Of a DNA stretch of 64,000 nt, positions 38,251 to 46,915 are shown one piece after another (position 1 is the stretch's first letter; each line of letters begins with the position of its first letter). A program made the translations under genes and the position numbers. The DNA lies in NCBI GenBank assembly GCA_963740455.1, contig CAVUEF010000012.1, forward strand, positions 148,298 to 212,297. Direction: 5' to 3'. The notes under the pieces are model-generated. The model worked only from the letters and a program-made list of their open reading frames with translations, did no database searches and was not told the origin of the DNA. Source of the stretch: an uncultured beta proteobacterium (GTDB taxonomy: Bacteria; Pseudomonadota; Gammaproteobacteria; Burkholderiales; Burkholderiaceae_C).

Positions 38251-38765
38251 CGCAGTGTGATCCCGCCCTTGGCCGGATCGAAGTCGATCACCAGAATTTG
38301 CGCCGGTTTCAATGTCACGCTGGCTTCGCGCACAAAGTCGAAGCCTGGCGTGCGCACATCGTTCTTCAGCCGGATCGCCAGCTGATGGGTGCCGGCGCTG
38401 ACCTGCAGGCGCTGGTAGAAGGCCGATGCACCGTCGCGCGACAGGCCCGAAGGCATCGCTACATGGTGCAGCACGCGCTTGCCATCGAGGTCGAGCTCCA
38501 CCGTGATCGGCGAGCGCTCGCGCGGACACACCACCGGCGCGCGCATATTGGGCGGCAGCTTGGCCAGCTCTTGCGGCGTCGCCTTGTGGCACGCCGACAC
38601 CGGCAAGCCCTGGTGGTTGAAGCTGAACTTGATCAAGGCCTGGTCGGGCGCCAGGTGGCGGTACGGCGGCCAGTTGGAGAACGCGCCAATGAACAGCGCG
38701 AACAATCCGTACAGCAGCGCCTGCGCGATCCAGGCCTTCGGGGTGAATGGGGTCTTGTCAGTCAT
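38247..38765 (-). CDS. membrane-anchored periplasmic protein of unknown function (single N-terminal TM helix plus a beta-rich domain of about 130 aa)
   Basis: 172 aa starting MTDKTPFTPKAWIAQALLYGLFALFIGAF. No CXXCH and no CuA motif. 8-nt overlap upstream and ATGA overlap downstream. Confidence 0.6.
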   Translation of the reverse strand: MTDKTPFTPKAWIAQALLYGLFALFIGAFSNWPPYRHLAPDQALIKFSFNHQGLPVSACHKATPQELAKLPPNMRAPVVCPRERSPITVELDLDGKRVLHHVAMPSGLSRDGASAFYQRLQVSAGTHQLAIRLKNDVRTPGFDFVREASVTLKPAQILVIDFDPAKGGITLR

Positions 38766-40296
38766 GGGATGGGGTAAGGCATTGTGCCCGCAAGGCAAGC
38801 CGCTGGCGCAAGCGCAGCAAGGCCGCTTGCAAGGTGGACTCTGCGCCCGCATCGGCCCAGGCCAGTTCGAGTTGATCAAGTGGCACCGAGTCGCGCAGGT
38901 GGGGCTCACGCAGCCCTTTCAGCCGCTCGGCGGTCCAGCGTTGGCCGAGCCGGAATTCGCAGCCGCCTTGCGAGCAGCCGCTGACCAGCACGCCGTCGGC
39001 ACCGTCGCGCAACGCGTACTCGATGAACGAGGGCGGCAGCTGGCCGGCGCACATCAGGCTGAAGACAACAACATCGGGGGCTTCGAGCGCGCTGACCTTG
39101 GCACCGCAATCGCAGCCAAACACGACGATCTTGTGCGGCGCATCGGCCAGTCCTTGCGAGAGGCGCCGGCGCAGTGCGCCGATGGGGGCGGACGGCATGT
39201 CGATGCCGGTGACAAGTTCCGCCGCGCCGCGAAACGGTGTGGACGAGGGGCAGGCGCCAACGCAGATGCCGCAGCTCGCGCACAGGTCGGCGTCGACCTG
39301 TGCCATCTGGCGGATGCTGCGCACGGGATGCGCCACCATCGTCACCGCGGCATACGGGCAGTCGTCGAAGCAGCGACGGCAGCCGTTGCAATTGGCCGCG
39401 TCGACCACGGCAATCGGCGCCACCGCAGCTTGCGGCAGATAGGGCAGCGCGAACAGCAGCAAGAGCGCCGCCGACAGCAGCGTCCAGACGAAACCGGGCG
39501 AGGTCGCGTAGACGAGCGGATGCACAAACAGGAGCAGCCAATCAAAGCTCAGCGCGCCGGGCACGCTCGCCAGATCGGCTGGTGCCTGACTCATCACCGG
39601 CGCGACCAGCGCCAATCCGAGCAGGGTCAAACCGGTACCGATGGCCAGCGGGCGCGGCGGAAACACCGCCGCGCGGCTGATGCGCTGAATATGGAACCAC
39701 AGCGCGAACACCGACAGCAGCGGCACGCCCAGGTGCACGAACACCAGCAGCGAGAAGAGGCGGTCGCTCAGCGACGCCGCGTTGAGAAAGTTGCGCGTCA
39801 ACGGCGCGGCAAAGAGCGGCAGCCGGTCCAGCCACTCGGCCGTGGCGAGCGCCGAGAACTGGCCGAGCTGGTCCCAGTTCAACCAGAAGCCGCCAATCGC
39901 GCTGATGAAAACCAGCAGCAGCAAGGGCACGCCGGTGAGCCACGAGAAGCGGCGAAAACCGCGGTAGCGGCCGAACAGCGCCTCGCGCAGCAGATGGCCG
40001 AGCATCAGCACGACAAAGGCATCGGCCGCATAGCGGTGCAGGCTGCGCAGCACGCCGCCCAAATACCACTGTTGACGTGAGAGCTGGTCAATTGATCGAT
40101 ACGCGTCGGCCACCGAGGTATCGAGCGCCGCATACAGGTAGATGCCGCTCAAACCCAGCAACCAGAACATCATGAAGGCCAGCGTGCCCAGGTGCCGCAG
40201 GGGATTGAGGCCGGAGCCGAACGCGCCATCGAAACCGTGCTCGCAGCGCCGGTAGCCGGCCAGCGCCAGCAGGCGGATCGATCGCAGCGGGTGCAT
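38758..40296 (-). CDS. fusion protein: diheme cytochrome b (paralog of the 34943-36850 N-domain) + 2x[4Fe-4S] ferredoxin + MvhD/FlpD-like domain
   Basis: 512 aa. Bis-His pairs RSLHRYAADAFVVLMLGHLLR and FVHLGVPLLSVFALWFHIQR. Cluster motifs CNGCRRCFDDCP and CASCGICVGACP. MvhD-like segment VVFGCDCGAKV..MCAGQLPPSFIEYALRDGADGVLVSGCSQGGCEF. Confidence 0.75.
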   Translation of the reverse strand: MHPLRSIRLLALAGYRRCEHGFDGAFGSGLNPLRHLGTLAFMMFWLLGLSGIYLYAALDTSVADAYRSIDQLSRQQWYLGGVLRSLHRYAADAFVVLMLGHLLREALFGRYRGFRRFSWLTGVPLLLLVFISAIGGFWLNWDQLGQFSALATAEWLDRLPLFAAPLTRNFLNAASLSDRLFSLLVFVHLGVPLLSVFALWFHIQRISRAAVFPPRPLAIGTGLTLLGLALVAPVMSQAPADLASVPGALSFDWLLLFVHPLVYATSPGFVWTLLSAALLLLFALPYLPQAAVAPIAVVDAANCNGCRRCFDDCPYAAVTMVAHPVRSIRQMAQVDADLCASCGICVGACPSSTPFRGAAELVTGIDMPSAPIGALRRRLSQGLADAPHKIVVFGCDCGAKVSALEAPDVVVFSLMCAGQLPPSFIEYALRDGADGVLVSGCSQGGCEFRLGQRWTAERLKGLREPHLRDSVPLDQLELAWADAGAESTLQAALLRLRQRLALRAQCLTPSHD

Positions 40297-40302
40297 CAGG
40301 AC

Positions 40303-41130
40303 TCAGCTCGGCCGCGCTGCGCGCCGCAGGCGCCGCTGGTTGCGCCATTCGAGCAGAAAGAACCAGACCATGGCCAGCGCGAAGGTCACGCCGCCAGCGA
40401 TCTCGATGACCAATCCGTAATTCGTTCGGTAGGTGCCGGTCACCGGGTCGTACACGGTGCACAGAATGCGCACGCGGTCAATCAGCTCGGACAGCGGCAG
40501 GCCGGCCGGCATCGGCTGGTCGCGCAGCAGCAGCCGCATCGGCTCGCCGAGCTTGTCGCGCGACAGGTTTTCGCCATACACCTGGGCATAGACGCGACCG
40601 CGCGGGTCGAGCACCGACACCGCCAGCAAGTGATCGAAACCGGCCGGCGTGGCCACATAGCTGAAGCCGAAGTCGCGCGTCAAGGCGTCGACCGAGGCCT
40701 GCGGCGGGCTCAGAAACTGCCAGTTCGGCGCCTTGATGCGCATTTGCGCCGCAAACGAGCGCATCGCCGCCGGCGAATCGGACGGCTGGTTGAAACCGAT
40801 GCTGACGACGCTGAACTTGTCGGCACCGAACACCTGGCTCAATTGGTCGACGGCCTCGGCCAGCGACTTGGTGGTGGTCGGACAGACCTGGAAGCAACCC
40901 GTGTAGATGAAGCTCACCAACAGCGGCTTGCCGCGATAGTCGGCGAGCCGCACCAAGCGACCTTGCGTGTCGAGCAGTTGATGCGCGCCCACGTCGCGGC
41001 CGATGGCGGCCTGGCTGTCGCGCAGGGCGCTCGCCGCGTCAAGCGCGGGCGTGGCGCTACCGGCCGGTTGCGCAGCGAGCGGCGCGACCAGCACGGCCCA
41101 CAGCAGTGCCAGCGCAGCGCGGGAGTTCAT
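40303..41130 (-). CDS. senC: SCO1/SenC copper chaperone with a C-terminal membrane extension
   Basis: Start MNSRAALALL (ATGA overlap with the ctaB stop). CFQVCP (CxxxC) motif and conserved His (FDHLLAVS). C-terminal TM helix. Confidence 0.85.
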   Translation of the reverse strand: MNSRAALALLWAVLVAPLAAQPAGSATPALDAASALRDSQAAIGRDVGAHQLLDTQGRLVRLADYRGKPLLVSFIYTGCFQVCPTTTKSLAEAVDQLSQVFGADKFSVVSIGFNQPSDSPAAMRSFAAQMRIKAPNWQFLSPPQASVDALTRDFGFSYVATPAGFDHLLAVSVLDPRGRVYAQVYGENLSRDKLGEPMRLLLRDQPMPAGLPLSELIDRVRILCTVYDPVTGTYRTNYGLVIEIAGGVTFALAMVWFFLLEWRNQRRLRRAARPS

Positions 41131-42026
41131 CGCAACAGACCGTCGAGCGTCGCTGCCGCAAGCACCATGCTCAGCTGCACCAGCGACGCGAAGAACGCGC
41201 CCATCGCCGTCTTGCGATTGGTGTCGCGCAACAGCTGCCAGGTCTTGTGCACGAAGTGCGCGCCGCCCGTGGCAGCGCCCATCAAGTAGATCGGGCCGGC
41301 GCCAAAAAACGCTGGCAACAACGACGCGCCAACCAGTGCCAGGGTGCTGTAAAAAACAATCTGCGCCGCACGCTGCGGCCCCACCACGACGGGCAGCATG
41401 GGCACACCTGCGGCCGCATAGTCGGCCTGATTGGCGATGGCCAGGCTCCAGAAATGCGGTGGCGTCCAGAGGAACAGCACGCATGCCAGCAGCAGCGGCA
41501 GCGCGCTGATCTGGGGGTTGACCGCGGCCGCGCCGGCCAGCACGGCAAAACTACCGGCCAGGCCGCCGATCACGATATTCAGCGAGCTGCGCCGCTTCAG
41601 CCACAAGGTGTAGACCACGCCATAGAAGAACGCACCCAGAAACGTGTACAGCGCGGCCATACCGTTCAACACCAGCCAGGCGGCGGCCACCGCACCTGCC
41701 AGTAGCAGGGCGATCAGCACCAGCCAGGCCGGCGAATGCGGCAACGCGCCGGTCACGAAAGCCCGACCGCGCGTGCGCGCCATCAGGCGATCGGTGTCGG
41801 CCTCGGCGTACTGGTTGAACGCGCCGGCCGCGGCCGACGACACCAGTACCGACAGGGCCAGCACCACCACTTGCCAGACAGCGGGCGCAGGGCCCGGCGT
41901 GACCGCCAGCCCGACCAGCGCGGTGATCATGATCATCACGCCGATGCGCAGTTTGAACAGGCCGAGCACCTCGCGGACGAGGCCGACGGCAGATCGTTGC
42001 GCGGGATGTGCCGCGGTCGTGCTCAT
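41127..42026 (-). CDS. ctaB: protoheme IX farnesyltransferase (heme O synthase)
   Basis: 299-aa UbiA-family polytopic protein (..NQYAEADTDRLMARTRGR.., ..WTPPHFWSLA..). Confidence 0.9.
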   Translation of the reverse strand: MSTTAAHPAQRSAVGLVREVLGLFKLRIGVMIMITALVGLAVTPGPAPAVWQVVVLALSVLVSSAAAGAFNQYAEADTDRLMARTRGRAFVTGALPHSPAWLVLIALLLAGAVAAAWLVLNGMAALYTFLGAFFYGVVYTLWLKRRSSLNIVIGGLAGSFAVLAGAAAVNPQISALPLLLACVLFLWTPPHFWSLAIANQADYAAAGVPMLPVVVGPQRAAQIVFYSTLALVGASLLPAFFGAGPIYLMGAATGGAHFVHKTWQLLRDTNRKTAMGAFFASLVQLSMVLAAATLDGLLR

Positions 42027-42030
42027 GACA

Positions 42031-43731
42031 TCAGCTCAGTCCCCAGACCTGGGACAGGTACTTCCAGTTGATGAAGTAGTACAGCACGAAGGACACCAGG
42101 AACACCATCGCCAGCGCGAAGGTACCCGGCGCGGCAAACCCGGCCGAACCGTAGGTCTGTGCCGCGATGGTCGGCGCCGTGGGTGGAATCGGTGTGAACT
42201 TCGGGCTCACCGTGCCGCTGTCGAGCTTCTTGCCCCACAACAGCGAACCGACGGTCACAAAGATGTAGATCCCCCCGCCGACAATGGCGGCAATGCCGAA
42301 GATGCCGACCAGACCCATCATCAGGTAGGCGGCGCCCGGCCATTCATAGGCCATCGGCGAGCCGTTGAAGGCCAGGTCCCAGTGGCGGCGCGGAACACCC
42401 AGCGTGCCCGCACCCATCATGACCAGCACGAAGCCGTACATCGACAGGCCGAACAGATAGGGCTGCCACTGTGCCAGCTTGGGCGCGATCATCTCGCGCT
42501 TGAACAGCACCGGGATCAGAAAGTAGGTCAGCGCCATGAAGGTCAGGGTGGTCCCGATCACCACCGTGGCGTGGAAATGGCCCGGCACGTAGATGGTGTT
42601 GTGGATGATCATGTTGAGCTGTTCTGTGCCCATCATGACGCCCGAGATGCCGCCCAGGAAACCGAAGCCGATGATCGAGATGAACACGCCCGAGAACACC
42701 GGGTTGCCCCAGGGCGCCTTGCGCAGCCATTCGAACAGGCCCTTGTTGTAGCCCTTGGCGCGCTGCGCGACTTCGATCGCGCCGGGGATGGTGAGTCCGT
42801 GGATCATCGAGGCCAGCACCGCGAAATACATGAAGTAGCTGGTGTTGACGACCTTCCACGCGGTCGACATGCCGGGGTCGGCGAGCAGGTGGTGTGCGCT
42901 GGCGAGTTGCAGGAACAGGATGTAGAGCAGGAAGGCGCCGCGGCTGACGCGCTCGCTCATCGGCTTGGCGCCGAACGCGATGGCCGCCACCGCGTACCAG
43001 ATCGAGATGTGCGCGGCCACGTTGATCTGCTGCGACGAGTGGCCGAAGGCCCACCAGATGGTGCGGTACATGAGCGGATCAACCGCCTTGATGACGCCCA
43101 CCGACAGCAAGAAGGTGGGGATCAGGATGATGGCGCCCGACGCGATCGTGAACACGGCGATGATCGCCGCGGTGATGGCACCGAACGTGACCAGCGGCAC
43201 CGAGCCCTGGTAGGTCTTTTCGCGCTTGGCCACGACCAGCGTGCCGAAGAAGACAAAGCACGCGATAAGCGCGCCGACGGCGAACAGAATCAGTCCGAGG
43301 TAGAAATGCGGCGCGGCCATCATCGGCACGTACGACGTCATCATGACACTGGAGCCGCCCTGGAACACGGCGACATTGTTCATGATCCCGCCGATCAGCA
43401 TCAAGGCGAAGGCCAGCCACGCCATCTTGGGCGTCGCGAGCCGACAGCGCAACAGCGTTGACGACGCGAAATACAGGACGGCGATCTCGAAGAAGATGAC
43501 CCAGAAAATCAGCATGTCGATGCCGTGCGCGGTGAGCACCTGGTAGAAGGTGTCGGCCGCGAGCCAATGCACGGCGGGCCAGCGAGTCAACGCCACGCCG
43601 ATGGCCAGGATGCCACCGATGAGCAGGAACACGACCGCGACGAACGCGTTGGCCTTCATCAATTTTTCGGCATTGGCCTCGAATTGCAGTCCCGAGCGCG
43701 GGCAGGTTCGATAAGTTGTTGTTACGGACAT
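42031..43731 (-). CDS. heme-copper oxidase subunit I, B-family-like, lacking the cross-link tyrosine (candidate NO reductase of the sNOR/eNOR type)
   Basis: All six His ligands are present (LTAHG; WWAFGHSSQQ; ASAHHLL; PGHFHAT). Helix VI reads GHSSQQ instead of GHP(E/I)VY. ATG 43731 is preceded by GGAGG (alternative ATG 43755). Confidence 0.8.
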   Translation of the reverse strand: MSVTTTYRTCPRSGLQFEANAEKLMKANAFVAVVFLLIGGILAIGVALTRWPAVHWLAADTFYQVLTAHGIDMLIFWVIFFEIAVLYFASSTLLRCRLATPKMAWLAFALMLIGGIMNNVAVFQGGSSVMMTSYVPMMAAPHFYLGLILFAVGALIACFVFFGTLVVAKREKTYQGSVPLVTFGAITAAIIAVFTIASGAIILIPTFLLSVGVIKAVDPLMYRTIWWAFGHSSQQINVAAHISIWYAVAAIAFGAKPMSERVSRGAFLLYILFLQLASAHHLLADPGMSTAWKVVNTSYFMYFAVLASMIHGLTIPGAIEVAQRAKGYNKGLFEWLRKAPWGNPVFSGVFISIIGFGFLGGISGVMMGTEQLNMIIHNTIYVPGHFHATVVIGTTLTFMALTYFLIPVLFKREMIAPKLAQWQPYLFGLSMYGFVLVMMGAGTLGVPRRHWDLAFNGSPMAYEWPGAAYLMMGLVGIFGIAAIVGGGIYIFVTVGSLLWGKKLDSGTVSPKFTPIPPTAPTIAAQTYGSAGFAAPGTFALAMVFLVSFVLYYFINWKYLSQVWGLS

Positions 43732-43744
43732 GGTGCCCTCCGCC

Positions 43745-44284
43745 TTACTTGACATAGATGCGGCCCACCATCGTGTGATGGCCGATGCCGCAGTATTCGT
43801 TGCAGACTACCGAGAAGGTACCGGCCTGGTTGGGCGTGACGGTGACCACATGCTCGTAGCCCGGCACGATCTGGATATTGATATTGGCCGGCTGCAGCGA
43901 GAAGCCGTGGTTGTAGTCCATCGACGTCAGGTGCAAGCGATAGGTCTTGTCCTTCTCGAACTCGACGATGGGCCAGAATTTCCAGAGGCTTGCGACGATG
44001 TAGACATCACTGCCGGGCGGCGGCGCAACAACCGGAATCTTGTCGGCGGTCTCGGTGCGCACCGTGTACTTGTCGACCACCGCCTGGGCCTTGGCGGTGA
44101 ACATCGCCGAGGTGGTCTTGTAGGTCTCGGTGGAGAGATTCTGTTTGCCGTAGACATGCCAGCCGACCATCATGGCGAACATGATCAGACACCAGATCAG
44201 GGCAATCACGATCCAGGTGCCTTCGACACGGTCCAGCGGGTGTTTCCACCAAAGTCGTTCTGCGGGGGGCAGGATAGCGCTCAT
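43745..44284 (-). CDS. heme-copper oxidase subunit II with an intact CuA site
   Basis: 179 aa. One TM helix and a cupredoxin domain with DYNHGF and CNEYCGIGHHTM (H..CxExCGxxHxxM). Confidence 0.85.
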   Translation of the reverse strand: MSAILPPAERLWWKHPLDRVEGTWIVIALIWCLIMFAMMVGWHVYGKQNLSTETYKTTSAMFTAKAQAVVDKYTVRTETADKIPVVAPPPGSDVYIVASLWKFWPIVEFEKDKTYRLHLTSMDYNHGFSLQPANINIQIVPGYEHVVTVTPNQAGTFSVVCNEYCGIGHHTMVGRIYVK

Positions 44285-44308
44285 ATTGCTCGTCCTCGTG
44301 ATGGTTGT

Positions 44309-44464
44309 TTACTTGGCCAAAGGCACGGTGAGGATGTCGATGACGCCCCACAACGTGTAAACAACCATCGGCACCATCACGCCCAGAAAGAGCAGCAGAA
44401 ACGGGTTGTCGAGCAATTGCTGCATCATCGGAATCTTCTCGTCGGGGTTATTCGTGTCGCTCAT
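44309..44464 (-). CDS. small single-TM oxidase-associated subunit
   Basis: 51 aa (MSDTNNPDEKIPMMQQLLDNPFLLLFLGVMVPMVVYTLWGVIDILTVPLAK). AGGAGA lies before the ATG. 24 nt upstream of subunit II. First gene of the operon. Confidence 0.6.
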   Translation of the reverse strand: MSDTNNPDEKIPMMQQLLDNPFLLLFLGVMVPMVVYTLWGVIDILTVPLAK

Positions 44465-44522
44465 GGTGTCTCCTCTGGATACTCGATAGAACCGGCGCAA
44501 TTCTGGAACCGGCCGACGCCGA

Positions 44523-44536
44523 TTGACTTGAACCAA
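44523..44536. promoter_or_regulatory. imperfect FNR/Dnr-like box upstream of the oxidase operon
   Basis: TTGACTTGAACCAA (TTGA-N6-CCAA, one mismatch in the right half), about 65 nt upstream of ATG 44464, in the divergent region shared with ctaA. Confidence 0.3.
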
Positions 44537-44618
44537 GATAAGAATGCGCGATGTTGACATCAATGTTCCACGCTGTGCTCGCTCATATCTACGGGTTAGA
44601 CCTATCAGGGAATTCCGC

Positions 44619-45581
44619 ATGAACATGACCCAGCGTCGACAAACCTGGCTGCGACGTGCGGCCCTGTTGTGTGCGGCACTGGTGCTGGCCATCACCAGTC
44701 TGAGCGCCTTCATTCGGCTCTCGCAAGCGGGCTTGGGTTGCAGCGAATGGCCGCAGTGTTATGGCAGCCGCTTGCGTGACGCACAGCATGGCCGCGTGGC
44801 CAGCGTCACGGACAGCGCTGCGGTCGTCGCCGCGCGGCTCACGCATCGCGTGGTGGCGGTGACCGCCTTGCTGCTCGTGATTGCGATGGTGGTGCTGTGC
44901 TTCGGCAATCGGCCCTTCCTGCTGCGTGAGGGCATGCTGGCGTTGGCCTTGCTCGCCTTGGCGCTGGGATTGGCGGTACTCGGCCGCTGGACCGCAGGGA
45001 CGCGCGTGCCGGCGGTGGCGATCGGCAACTTGCTGGGCGGTCTGCTGATGCTGGCGCTGAGCTGGCGGTTGGCAGCCCGCGCGGCGCCGCGGCTCGACTC
45101 GCGATTGCGCTTCTGGGCAAGGATGGGGGCGGCAGTGTTGCTCATCCAGGTGACTGCGGGGGCACTGCTCAGCGCATCGTATGCGGGTCTGAGCTGTGCC
45201 GGAGCGCTGGATTGCCTGCGCACGGCGCAAGCCGCGCAGTGGCCTTGGCACGCCTTGAACCCGTGGCGCGAACCGGTGTTCGACGCCATGCAAAGCGCGC
45301 CGAACCCCGCGGGCGCACTCGTCCAACTGGTGCACCGCGGCGGCGCGCTGCTGACCTTGCTGGTGTTGGCCCCGCTGGGCGTGGCGGTGCTGCGTGGCGC
45401 GCACCAACGCGAGGGCGCGGCACTGCTGGCGCTGCTGGTCATCCAGATCGGCGTGGGCGTGCTCATGCCGATCGCGTCCCTGCCGCTGGGCTTGGCGCTG
45501 GCTCACAACATCGTTGCCGCATTGTTGCTGGCGACACTGGTCCGCCTAGAATGCGCTTCCATGAGTCAGGAGAAGCCCTAG
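44619..45581 (+). CDS. ctaA: heme A synthase (COX15/CtaA family)
   Basis: Start MNMTQRRQTW. GLGCSEWPQCYG motif, conserved His in TM helices (LTHRV, LVHRG, LAHNI), 8 TM helices. Confidence 0.85.
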   Translation: MNMTQRRQTWLRRAALLCAALVLAITSLSAFIRLSQAGLGCSEWPQCYGSRLRDAQHGRVASVTDSAAVVAARLTHRVVAVTALLLVIAMVVLCFGNRPFLLREGMLALALLALALGLAVLGRWTAGTRVPAVAIGNLLGGLLMLALSWRLAARAAPRLDSRLRFWARMGAAVLLIQVTAGALLSASYAGLSCAGALDCLRTAQAAQWPWHALNPWREPVFDAMQSAPNPAGALVQLVHRGGALLTLLVLAPLGVAVLRGAHQREGAALLALLVIQIGVGVLMPIASLPLGLALAHNIVAALLLATLVRLECASMSQEKP

Positions 45582-45596
45582 TGGAAATGCGCCAAT

Positions 45597-46279
45597 TCGA
45601 CGTGCCGCGCTACCTGTCGGTGCTGCCGCTGTTCAACGACATGAGCCCGACCGAGTTGGAAGGCCTGGCCAGCGGCTGCACGCTGCGCCGGTTGGCGCGC
45701 GGCGACGCGGTATTTCGCGTGGGCGAACCCTGCGAAGCATTCCACGTCACCGTGATGGGCCAGGTCAAGCTGTTCGCGATTTCGCCCGCGGGTCAGGAAA
45801 AAGTCATCGAGCTGGTCGGCCCCGGCCAGAGCTTTGCCGAGGCGCTGATGTTCACCGACAAGCCCTACATCATCAATGCGCAGGCGCTCACCGACACGTT
45901 GCTGCTGACTGTGCAAAAGAGCGCCGTGCTGGCCGAAATCGACCGGGACAGGCGCTTCGCGCTGCGCATGCTGGCGGGCATTTCGCGCCGTCTGCACGCG
46001 CTGGTGGGCGACGTCGAAGCCTATGCGCTGCACAGCGGTTTGCAGCGCGTGATCGGCTACCTGCTGCGCGACCAGGCGCCCGAAGATGAAAGCTCGAATG
46101 GCGAGGTCACCGTGTCGCTGCCGGTGAGCAAGGCCACCATCGCGTCGCGCTTGTCGCTGACGCCCGAATACTTTTCGCGCGTGCTGCACGAGCTGGAAGC
46201 CAAAGGCTTTATCGAGGTCGACAAGCGCGACATACGGATTCGCGACCCGCAGGCGCTGGCACGCTACCAGGCGTCCTGA
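45597..46279 (+). CDS. Crp/Fnr-family transcriptional regulator, Dnr/NnrR type
   Basis: cNMP-binding-like fold and a C-terminal HTH with the E--SR recognition motif (TPEYFSRVL). No N-terminal FNR Cys cluster. Sits beside the nir and oxidase genes. GTG 45591 is an alternative start. Confidence 0.85.
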
Positions 46280-46353
46280 ACCGGCCGTGCCGGCTCTTTC
46301 TGGGTGGGTCTGCGGGCCTTGCCGGTGAGGGCAAGGCGTGGCGCTGTCAGGGG

Positions 46354-46728
46354 CTATTCGGTGACGATGTGCCACACCGTCCTGAAATTGTCGCCGCTGC
46401 GGTCGCCGGCTTTCTGGTCGGCCTGATAGAGGTACAGCGGCTTGCCTTTGTAGGCCCACTGCTTGGCGCCATCGTCGCGCGTGATGATCGAATAGGCGCC
46501 TGTCGGTGCATCGCCGTCAGCCGCCATCAAGGGTGGCCAGAGCGTGGCGCAAGGTCCGTTGCACATGCTTTTGCCGCTGTTCGCCGCGTCCTTGTCGAAG
46601 CTGTAGAGCGTCATGCCGTTGGGCGCGACCAGCACGCCTTGGGCCACTGTGGGCGCTGCTGCGCTGGCGACGCCGACCGCAAGCATCAGGGCGGCGGTGA
46701 TGGCGCCGAGGGAGAATATTTTGGACAT
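46354..46728 (-). CDS. secreted protein with repeated Y-x-[FY]-x-x-D motif (Lipoprotein_15-like family)
   Basis: 124 aa. Signal peptide and two repeats (MTLYSFDKD, KPLYLYQADQ). Confidence 0.75.
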   Translation of the reverse strand: MSKIFSLGAITAALMLAVGVASAAAPTVAQGVLVAPNGMTLYSFDKDAANSGKSMCNGPCATLWPPLMAADGDAPTGAYSIITRDDGAKQWAYKGKPLYLYQADQKAGDRSGDNFRTVWHIVTE

Positions 46729-46915
46729 GGACGACTCCGCAAAGGTTGATCAGGTGGACAGGCAGGCTTGAACAGTCTTGTCAGCGCTGCGGCAAGACGG
46801 CGCTGACAAGGACGTAGACGCCCGCGCGTCCGACCTTATTCCTGCGCCAGTCAAAAATAGTCGATGGGTCGGGTCGAGCGGCATCGTCCCGACTGCCGCT
46901 CGATATACTGCCCGC

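Noticed and set aside
43732-43755. Upstream ATG (43755) for HCO subunit I, overlapping subunit II by 11 nt.
   Set aside because: ATG 43731 has a strong GGAGG at ideal spacing. The 8 extra residues are not needed. This is kept only as an alternative.
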